From: Actinomycetota bacterium
GTDB taxonomy: Bacteria > Actinomycetota > CADDZG01 > WHSQ01
Length of the DNA stretch: 64,000 nt
Direction of reading: 5' to 3'
Assembly: GCA_051001455.1 (NCBI GenBank)
Contig: JBPCNH010000023.1
Location: 48,393-112,392, forward strand
Part shown: positions 38,042-45,104 of the stretch, piece by piece
Layout: every line of letters starts with the position of its first letter
Position numbering within the stretch: the first letter of the stretch is position 1
Translations under genes and position numbers: made by a program
The notes under the pieces: generated by a model
The model's input: the letters and a program-made list of their open reading frames with translations, nothing else
Database searches by the model: none
What the model was told of the DNA's origin: nothing

Positions 38042-38671
38042 ATGGATAGACGCATTTTCTTGAAAGGTTCGGCTGCCGTCATTCCGGCGTCGGTCGGCCT
38101 GCAGATGCTGACGACGCGCTTCGCGTATGCACAGAGCGCAGACTTCGGGAGTGACGAGGACGTGCTCAACTACGCACTGACGCTCGAGTTCCTGGAATCC
38201 GAGTTCTACCGTCAGGGCAACGGTGCAGGGCTCCTGTCGGGCAAGGACGCGGAGTATGCCAAGACGATCGGTGCCGATGAGGACGCGCACGTGGCGGCCA
38301 TCACCGACACGATCATGAAGATCGGCGGCACGCCGATAGAAGCACCTGCGGTCGATTTCGGCAAGGCATTCGCCAGCAGGAAGAGCTTCCTCGAAACGGC
38401 TCACGTGTTCGAGAACCTCGGTGTGAGTGCTTACCTCGGGGCTGCAGGGTTCATCCAGAACAAGGACATCCTGCAGGCCGCGGCCGGGATCTTCGGGGTC
38501 GAAGCTCGGCACGCTGCCGTCATCGGCAACATGCTCGGGCTAGAGCCTGAAGGTGGGGTCTACATGGGCGTGACCGAGACTCCGCAGGACAAGGCGGCGG
38601 TGCTGAAAGCCGCTGCGCCGTTCCTCGCGGGCGCCGGGGCCATGACCGGAGGAGCTGCCGCGACGCTCTGA
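38042..38671 (+). CDS. Ferritin-like (Ferritin_2 type) protein with Tat signal, paralog
   Basis: MDRRIFLKGSAAV signal. VLNYALTLEFLESEFY and GVEARHAA motifs. AGGAGG RBS. Confidence 0.75.
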   Translation: MDRRIFLKGSAAVIPASVGLQMLTTRFAYAQSADFGSDEDVLNYALTLEFLESEFYRQGNGAGLLSGKDAEYAKTIGADEDAHVAAITDTIMKIGGTPIEAPAVDFGKAFASRKSFLETAHVFENLGVSAYLGAAGFIQNKDILQAAAGIFGVEARHAAVIGNMLGLEPEGGVYMGVTETPQDKAAVLKAAAPFLAGAGAMTGGAAATL

Positions 38672-38772
38672 TGCACGACTCGGCCGAGGGCGGGAGTGTG
38701 TGCCCGTTCCTCGGCCGGTTCCCGGACGCTCAGGCGAGCGTTCACCTATCTAGTTACTGAAGGAGTACCCGA

Positions 38773-39051
38773 ATGAGTTTGCCAGGTGGTGCCGAACTGC
38801 TGCTGATACTTGCGGTGGTCATGCTCCTCTTCGGAGCCAAGAAGCTGCCCGAGCTTGCCCGATCGATGGGCCGAGCGGGCAAAGAGTTCAAGGCCGGGGT
38901 CAATGAAGGCGCAGTGGAGAGCCCTGTCGAAGGGCCTTGCCCGTTCTGCGAGGTTCCGGTCCCCGCTGAGGCGAGGTTCTGCCCCGGTTGCGCGCGCAGT
39001 GCGGACGACATCGTTGCCGCGCGACCCGTTCCACTTACCAAGGCTTCGTAA
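38773..39051 (+). CDS. tatA: Twin-arginine translocase TatA with C-terminal zinc-ribbon-like CxxC..CxxC extension
   Basis: LLLILAVVMLLFGAKKLPELARSMGRAGKEFK is a canonical TatA TM helix + amphipathic helix. The tail is GPCPFCEVPVPAEARFCPGCAR. Confidence 0.8.
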   Translation: MSLPGGAELLLILAVVMLLFGAKKLPELARSMGRAGKEFKAGVNEGAVESPVEGPCPFCEVPVPAEARFCPGCARSADDIVAARPVPLTKAS

Positions 39052-39052
39052 G

Positions 39053-39340
39053 ATGCCTCAGATCGGACCACTCGAGATCCTCGTCGTTGGAGTGTTGGCG
39101 CTGCTCGTATTCGGCCCCGAGAAACTGCCTGAGATGGGCCGTTCTCTCGGTAAAGGCCTTACTCAGTTGAAGAGGATGGCTTCCGACGTCAAGTCGGAGT
39201 TCGATATGAGCCTCGACGACGGTGAAGACGAGAGGACCTCGACCCCCAAGGTGCCCGCAGATCGCAAAGCGGAAGCCGTTCCCGAAGTGCCGACGCCCGC
39301 TTCGGAACAGGACGTCGTCAAGTCCCACACGAGACGGTGA
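39053..39340 (+). CDS. tatB: TatA/TatB-family translocase subunit
   Basis: MPQIGPLEILVVGVLALLVFGPEKLPEMGRSLGKGL, then an acidic/Pro-rich tail. Starts 2 nt after the tatA stop. Confidence 0.8.
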   Translation: MPQIGPLEILVVGVLALLVFGPEKLPEMGRSLGKGLTQLKRMASDVKSEFDMSLDDGEDERTSTPKVPADRKAEAVPEVPTPASEQDVVKSHTRR

Positions 39341-39408
39341 GCATCGCCGCAGGTCTCCGCCGGACGCGGTGGACTCCCTGGCGGCGACGCGGCGGCGCGC
39401 CCCCGACC

Positions 39409-40161
39409 ATGAACCTCATCGGCCACCTGCGCGAGTTGAGGCGTCGGATCGTCTTCTCGATCATCGCGTTCGTGGTGGTGTCGATCGCGGCATTCTTCTT
39501 CTATCCGGTGCTCCTCGAGGTGATCCGGGGACCACTCTGTTCGCTTGATCCGCGATACCTGGGCCCCCAGGGATGCGACCTCATCTTCACGAAAGTGGGC
39601 GCGGGTTTCATGTTCCGACTGAAGGTCACCGCACTTGCCGGGATCTTCCTTACCTCGCCGGTGTGGCTGTATCAGATGTGGGCGTTCGTGACCCCGGGTC
39701 TCACTTCAAGGGAAAGGAAGTACGCCCTTCCGTTCGTGCTTACCTCGGTGACTCTGTTCATCGGCGGGGGCATACTCGCGTACCTCGCCCTTCCTCAAGG
39801 GTTGCGCCTTCTTCTCACGATCGGTGGCGAGGGTCTCGTCGCATTCCTCGATGCGGAGAAGTACCTCTCGTTCGTCGGATTCATGGTGCTTGGTTTCGGG
39901 GTGATGTTCGAGCTACCGATCTTCTTGTTCTTCCTCGGCCTGGTTGGGGTCGTGTCTGTCGCACAACTCCGGAAGCAGCGCAAGGGGGCATCCGTCGGGA
40001 TAGTCGCGCTTGCTGCAGTCGTCACGCCGAGCCAGGATCCCTACACCCTCGTCGCGTTGGCGGTGCCGCTGTACCTCATGTATGAGACAACCATCCTGCT
40101 GCTTCGCCTCGTCGAGCGGAAGCGGGCAAAGAGGAATAGCAATGAGGAACTTGCTCTGTAG
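39409..40161 (+). CDS. tatC: Twin-arginine translocase subunit TatC
   Basis: MNLIGHLRELRRRIVFS is a typical TatC start, with 6 TM helices. The track start at 39337 (GTG overlapping the tatB stop) is an alternative. Confidence 0.85.
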   Translation: MNLIGHLRELRRRIVFSIIAFVVVSIAAFFFYPVLLEVIRGPLCSLDPRYLGPQGCDLIFTKVGAGFMFRLKVTALAGIFLTSPVWLYQMWAFVTPGLTSRERKYALPFVLTSVTLFIGGGILAYLALPQGLRLLLTIGGEGLVAFLDAEKYLSFVGFMVLGFGVMFELPIFLFFLGLVGVVSVAQLRKQRKGASVGIVALAAVVTPSQDPYTLVALAVPLYLMYETTILLLRLVERKRAKRNSNEELAL

Positions 40162-40372
40162 TCGAACACGGTCAGAGTCGGGGAAATGTGTCTGGGGCCG
40201 AACCGAGGCTGGCTGTCTCGAGTCGCACACCGTGATCTTCCTGCGCGATCTGCTCGCGAGCAAGGGGTCCGCGTTCGAGCCCCCCATCACGGCGTTCCTC
40301 TCCTGAAGCGCAGCTGCTAGACGCGATTGACTTTCGAGGGGGCCGCTGCGCGTCGGGTGGACGAGGGGGCTG

Positions 40373-41626
40373 TTATTGCGATTGAAGGATCGGATCGGTT
40401 GTCGGTGCTTGTGAGCCTCCCGCTGGTTCCAGAGTTACTTGGGCTTGATCGTAGGAGGCCAGCGGCCGCGCGAGAGAGAGATCTGCGATGCCGTCGACCA
40501 GGTCGAATGTCTTGCTCCCAACTACCTCTCCATCCCTCAAGAGCCACAGCTGGTAGGTCTTTCCCTCTGGGGCTTCGGGAAGATCTCTTGCCACCAGGAT
40601 CGGCCCTCGCTCCGTAGTCACGACTTGAGCCTGGGGACCGGAGGTACTGCCGACGAGTTGGATGGCGTCGGCGTCTTTGTCTAATACGGCGCGTAGCGCA
40701 TCGGCCACGGCTGTGGCCTCGCGTCGTGAGTCGGCGAGCTGGAAGCCCATCACAACGAGACCGGCCAATAGGAGGCCGATGAGAACCGGGACGAGCATGC
40801 GCGCGGTGGGGGACGAACGGGTGGGGGACGAACGGGTGGGGGACGGCGGATGCCCCTGTTGAACGCGATCAAGGACCGCTTCCTCGAAGCCTTCGGGTAA
40901 CCGTAGCTCCGCTAGATCTCGTTCAGCCGAATCGATGATCTCTTGGGCCGAGGTTGTGATCTTCCCTTTCAAGTCTTCAGAGCGTCTTCGCAGGACCTCC
41001 AGAGCTTCGTCCGCCGTACGGAACTCTTTTTCCATCAGGATGCCTTGGGCTTTGCCGATCAATTGCTGTACCGAGAGCGCCCCTTCTAACTCGTGTTGTA
41101 GTCGGGCATCCTTCTCGTGGGTCTGCGCGTTCGCTAGTGCGATCGCTGCGTGAGCCGCGTATATGGCCCCAGCCTCACGGTCCTGTTCTGTAAACGAGCC
41201 CGGGCGTCGCGCGTAGAGGTTGAGTGCCCCCAAAGTATCGTCGTCGACTCTTAGGGTGAAAGCGAGCAGACTCTCGTAGCCCTTTCCGACGGCTCGTTTC
41301 GTGAACGCCGGCCACACGTTGTCTTCGCTCATCGAGTCGATCTGGAACCACATTGCGTCCTTACCAACCGCGTCGAGGCAGGGACCCTGTCCGACTTCGT
41401 ATTGGAAGGCGTCCAGCTCCTGTGCGACCTCATCGCTCGAGCCGAGTGTGGAGATCGTCCCTCCCTTGACCAGCGAGACGGACGCCACGTCACATCCACT
41501 GATCGTCTGGACCGCAAGGTCCGCGATCACGTCGAGTGTGGATCCGACCGTTTCGCCAGACAGCAAGAGCTTGGAGAGTTCGGCGAAACTCTCTAGGAGG
41601 TAATCGGGGTACTCCTCAGGGGTCAT
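40373..41626 (-). CDS. GAF + ANTAR + TM + anti-sigma-K RskA C-terminal domain fusion protein
   Basis: 417 aa. GAF N-terminus. ANTAR block QQLIGKAQGILMEKEFRTADEALEVLRRRSEDL. TM helix MLVPVLIGLLLAGLVVMGF. RskA-like end is GKTYQLWLL..G..VTLEPAGGSQAPT. Confidence 0.75.
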   Translation of the reverse strand: MTPEEYPDYLLESFAELSKLLLSGETVGSTLDVIADLAVQTISGCDVASVSLVKGGTISTLGSSDEVAQELDAFQYEVGQGPCLDAVGKDAMWFQIDSMSEDNVWPAFTKRAVGKGYESLLAFTLRVDDDTLGALNLYARRPGSFTEQDREAGAIYAAHAAIALANAQTHEKDARLQHELEGALSVQQLIGKAQGILMEKEFRTADEALEVLRRRSEDLKGKITTSAQEIIDSAERDLAELRLPEGFEEAVLDRVQQGHPPSPTRSSPTRSSPTARMLVPVLIGLLLAGLVVMGFQLADSRREATAVADALRAVLDKDADAIQLVGSTSGPQAQVVTTERGPILVARDLPEAPEGKTYQLWLLRDGEVVGSKTFDLVDGIADLSLARPLASYDQAQVTLEPAGGSQAPTTDPILQSQ

Positions 41627-41693
41627 TCCGCTTCACCCATGTTTGTCTTTTTCGACCAAGGGAGCCGGCGATCGCCCTGTCGGGGATGGTTGA

Positions 41694-42320
41694 TTAGCGG
41701 TCAGCTACTCGTGACTCGACCAGGATTGCCCTCATCTTGATCAGGGCATCGCGTATCCGGGTCTTGGCCGTCGCTTCCGGGATCTGGAGGTTGACCGCCA
41801 CCTCGCGGTAAGTCATCCCCTTGAAGTAGGCCAGGAAGATCGCCTCTCTCTTGGAGCGAGGCAGCTCTGATAATGCGCCTCGAAGCTCTAGGCCGTCGTC
41901 TACCCGCTGTTCCGGGGTAGTCCCGGTCCACTGCTCGAATTCGGTTGCGAGAGGCTCTCTCGAGTGGACTGACTGTTCGTGGCGAACGAGGTCAATGGCC
42001 TTGTTGCGCGCCACTCCGATGAGGAACGCTCGCAGGTTGCCCTTAGAGATGTCGAAGCGATCAGGTTGTTGCCACAGCGCTAGGAAAGTGTCTTGGGCGA
42101 TCTCTTCAGCGAAAACGGGTTCCCTTGCGATCCGAACGGCCTTGCCGTAGACGTACGTCCCGTAGGCCCTGATCACCAGGAGCAGAGCCTGCTCGTCCCG
42201 GTCCCGGATCCCACGAATAAGGACTCGGTCGTGGTGGTTTGGGTCTGAAGGCAAGCGCCCGCTTGTCCCCTCGTGCCTATCGGTGGCCAGGACGACCAAC
42301 CCTCTCCAATTGGGCTCCAT
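41694..42320 (-). CDS. ECF sigma factor (SigK-like)
   Basis: Region 2 (AQDTFLALWQQPDRFD...LRAFLIGVARNKAIDLVR) and region 4 (REAIFLAYFKGMTYREVAVNLQIPEATAKTRIRDAL). Start probably downstream of the track start. Confidence 0.8.
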   Translation of the reverse strand: MEPNWRGLVVLATDRHEGTSGRLPSDPNHHDRVLIRGIRDRDEQALLLVIRAYGTYVYGKAVRIAREPVFAEEIAQDTFLALWQQPDRFDISKGNLRAFLIGVARNKAIDLVRHEQSVHSREPLATEFEQWTGTTPEQRVDDGLELRGALSELPRSKREAIFLAYFKGMTYREVAVNLQIPEATAKTRIRDALIKMRAILVESRVADR

Positions 42321-42501
42321 CTGCTTGAAGCCAGTGTCTCACCGTACTCCCCCTGACCACGCTCATCTAAACCTCTCCGCGCCCAGGAGACCCAGGTAGG
42401 TAAGGAAGTCGAGCAAGCGTTCAGGGAACTAAATGCGGCACTTGTACGTTGTCACTTATACGCGCACCGGACGTACCTAGAGATAGATCCTGGAGGGTGA
42501 G

Positions 42502-42593
42502 CGGAGGCGGACGGGAATCGAACCCGCCGAACGGTTTAGGGCCGTTCCACCGGTTTTGAAGACCGGGAGGGACACCAGTCCCCATTCGCCTCC
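42502..42593 (-). tRNA. selC: tRNA-Sec (anticodon UCA)
   Basis: GGAGGCGAATGGGGACTGGTGTCCCTCCCGGTCTTCAAAACCGGTGGAACGGCCCTAAACCGTTCGGCGGGTTCGATTCCCGTCCGCCTCCG. It has a 6-bp D stem with a 4-nt loop, the anticodon loop CTTCAAA, a long variable arm (GAACGG/CCGTTC) and the T-loop TTCGATT. Confidence 0.85.
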
Positions 42594-42790
42594 AGAAGAT
42601 CGATAGTAGGGCTACTCAGAGTGAAGGGTTTTCTACGCACGGTCACGAAGTAGTTACTTGTAAGGCGCAGAAACCACCCGAACGAGTCATTGTTCGGGTC
42701 AAATCGGGCAAATACCCTGTAGGTCAAAGGTAGAAGTCCGATACCGATAGAAGCGGTACCGGTCTAAGCGTCGGGGAAGGGACCAAGAGA

Positions 42791-43441
42791 ATGAAGATGG
42801 TCGCTCAGGAGCAGCTAGAACTTCACGAGCTCGAGGACAACGAGCTCGTAACCATCGTGCGCTCCGGTGACGATCGCTCTCTCGAAGTTCTGCTCAACCG
42901 CTACCGCAACTTCGCTCGCTCCAAGGCCCGCTCTTACTTCCTGGCCGGCTCCGACAAGGAAGATGTCGTTCAGGAAGGCATGATCGGCCTCTACAAAGCG
43001 ATCAGGGACTTCGACCTGGATCAGGACACGCCCTTCCGGGCCTTCGCAGAGCTGTGTATCTCCCGTCAGATCCTTACTGCGATCAAGACGGCGAACCGTC
43101 AGAAGCACCAGCCTCTCAACTCTTCTGTCTCATTGGACGCTCCCGTCTACGGTGAGGACACCGGTGAGCGCACTGTCGGTGACAACATCCCGTCCTCGGC
43201 GCTGGAAGATCCGATCGAGATGGTCATCTCTTCGCAACAGATCGAGGCGCTGCGTGACTCGATGAGGACCAACCTCACCGAGCTCGAAGGCGACGTCCTC
43301 CGTCTCTACATGGACGGCAAGTCCTACGAACAGATCGCAGGGGCGCTCGGCAACCACGTGAAGTCGATCGACAACGCCCTCCAAAGGATCAAGCGCAAGC
43401 TGCAGCGCCACATCGAGCAGCGCGACTCGATCACCTCTTAA
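42791..43441 (+). CDS. sigH: Sigma-70 family factor closely resembling Firmicutes SigH/Spo0H
   Basis: 216 aa. RYRNFARSKARSYFLAGSDKEDVVQEGMIGLYKAIRDF, FAELCISRQILTAIKTANRQKHQPLNS and HVKSIDNALQRIKRKL match the B. subtilis SigH core as I recall it. Confidence 0.75.
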   Translation: MKMVAQEQLELHELEDNELVTIVRSGDDRSLEVLLNRYRNFARSKARSYFLAGSDKEDVVQEGMIGLYKAIRDFDLDQDTPFRAFAELCISRQILTAIKTANRQKHQPLNSSVSLDAPVYGEDTGERTVGDNIPSSALEDPIEMVISSQQIEALRDSMRTNLTELEGDVLRLYMDGKSYEQIAGALGNHVKSIDNALQRIKRKLQRHIEQRDSITS

Positions 43442-43555
43442 CCCTGCTGCTTTCCTCCCCTCTTCTCCTTCTCGAGCCTTTTCGTCGTGGGCGATGCCCA
43501 CGGTTTCTCGCGCTCTGAGGAGCGATGAACCCTCGTGCGGCGGTAAGTTTGGACG

Positions 43556-43867
43556 ATGAGCGATGACGAGCTAAAGGAGCTTCAGGAGAGACAGCGGGAG
43601 GATCGGAAACTCATCCAGAAGGCGGCCGATGTTCTCGCCGAGATCAGTCGCGGACCGGGGCTCGAGGATCACCAAGCCGAGGTGCTCGCAGCGCTGAGGA
43701 TCCGTCTCGAGGGCAAGCCGCGCGGCTCGCTCGAAGACCTGTTGTCGGCGGCGGGAGACCTGTCGGGCAAAGGCGATCTGGCGGAAGCTCTCGGGGGTGC
43801 CGAGAAGAAAGACGTTTCCGATTGGCCCGAGATCGAAGAGAAGAAACGGGACTGGCCGGGCCTCTAA
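43556..43867 (+). CDS. Hypothetical acidic protein
   Basis: 103-aa ORF, charged and helical in composition. No family recognised. Confidence 0.4.
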   Translation: MSDDELKELQERQREDRKLIQKAADVLAEISRGPGLEDHQAEVLAALRIRLEGKPRGSLEDLLSAAGDLSGKGDLAEALGGAEKKDVSDWPEIEEKKRDWPGL

Positions 43868-43891
43868 GAGGCCGTGCTTGGGATGCGATCC

Positions 43892-44764
43892 TCAGGAGTC
43901 GCGACCCCGAAGGAACTCTTCTAGCTCGGCGGCGAGGGACTCACCGGTTGGAAGGTCGCCGGTATCTATCTCCTCTTGCTCGCGTTCGTCGGCGCGCTCC
44001 TCGAGGAGGTTCACGTAGCTCTGGACGTCCTCGTCACTTGCGACGATCTCTGCCACGCGTTCCTCGTAAGCGTGCGTGGCGCGCTCGAGCCCATCTACCT
44101 CAGCGGATATCTCGGTGACCCGAACGGCTCTATCCACCAGTGCCAGAGCCGCTTTTGGGTTTGGAGTGACGGCCAGATAGTGAGGAACCGCAGCCCAGAG
44201 ACTCGCCGACGGGATCCCTACTTCTGCGAATGCGTCGTGAAGAACACCGACGATCCCTGTGGGTCCCTCGTAGCGCGAGCGCTGCAGGTCCAGCTTCGAG
44301 ATGAGATCACTGTCTGCAGCGGTGCCGGAGATATGGGTGGGCCGCGAGTGCGGAACGTCGGCGAGCAATGACCCCAGGGTCACCACCATGGAGACCTCAT
44401 GAGTGTGCGCGACGTCGATGACCAGCGACGAGAAGGTGCGCCATCTGTGACTCGGCTCGGTGCCGACCATGATGAGCACGTCGTTCGGCGCGCCGGGCAT
44501 CTTCGCGGCGAAGAACTCATTCGAGGGCCACGTGATCTTTCGCGTCATGCCGTCTTCGAGTTCGACCTGAGGACGGACGGCTTGGAAGTCGAAGAACTCT
44601 TCGGGGTCGATCGTGGCGAATCGCTCGGCGCCCCACACCCGCGCCAGGTGCGAGGCCGCGAAGGTCGCCGCGTCGCCGGCGTCGTTCCATCCCTTGAAGG
44701 CAGCGATCATCACCGGGTCGCGCAGAGTTACCTCTCGCTCGAATCGCATGGGCTCCAGAGTCAT
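43892..44764 (-). CDS. PAC2-family (proteasome assembly chaperone-like) protein
   Basis: LRDPVMIAAFKGWNDAGDAATFAASHL is the characteristic actinobacterial PAC2-family N-terminus. 290 aa with an acidic C-terminus. Confidence 0.8.
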   Translation of the reverse strand: MTLEPMRFEREVTLRDPVMIAAFKGWNDAGDAATFAASHLARVWGAERFATIDPEEFFDFQAVRPQVELEDGMTRKITWPSNEFFAAKMPGAPNDVLIMVGTEPSHRWRTFSSLVIDVAHTHEVSMVVTLGSLLADVPHSRPTHISGTAADSDLISKLDLQRSRYEGPTGIVGVLHDAFAEVGIPSASLWAAVPHYLAVTPNPKAALALVDRAVRVTEISAEVDGLERATHAYEERVAEIVASDEDVQSYVNLLEERADEREQEEIDTGDLPTGESLAAELEEFLRGRDS

Positions 44765-44817
44765 AGCTTCAGGCTAAACCGGGACTGTGACTAAGTCCCA
44801 AGAAAACGCCCGGCGAC

Positions 44818-44897
44818 CGTATCCCGGGATGAGGTATGGCCGTCCGGGATGGTATCCCGGGATGAGATATGGCCGTCCGGGACGGTATCCCGGCACG
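44818..44897. repeat. 33-bp tandem repeat, about 2.4 units
   Basis: CGTATCCCGGGATGAGGTATGGCCGTCCGGGAT / GGTATCCCGGGATGAGATATGGCCGTCCGGGAC / GGTATCCCGGCACG. Lies 54-133 bp upstream of the PAC2 gene start. Confidence 0.9.
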
Positions 44898-45039
44898 AAA
44901 GTTGATCGGGTTACTTGAACCGGACCCTCTGGTTCTGAGGGTTCATCTCGCCCTTGAAGTAGTGCACGTCCTTGGGGCCGAGGCCCTCCATCTCGTACAC
45001 GCTGACGCCACGGTTGGCGCCGTTTTTTTCGTTCCCTCG

Positions 45040-45088
45040 GTTTTAATCGATTCTGACCACGTATTTCGTGGCCGCAATCGATCAAAAC
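45040..45088. repeat. Nested-palindrome repeat element, copy C
   Basis: GTTTTAATCGATTCTGACCACGTATTTCGTGGCCGCAATCGATCAAAAC, 17 nt downstream of the M28 peptidase stop. Confidence 0.9.
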
Positions 45089-45104
45089 CGCTGTTGTCGA
45101 TTTT

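Noticed and set aside
42594-42790. The lower-GC 197-bp region between selC and the sigH-like gene as an ncRNA gene. Also the spurious 63-aa ORF 42536-42727.
   Set aside because: Only one short hairpin was seen and there is no match to any RNA family I recognise. The ORF overlaps the tRNA and has no coding signal. It is kept only as a remark under the SigH finding.
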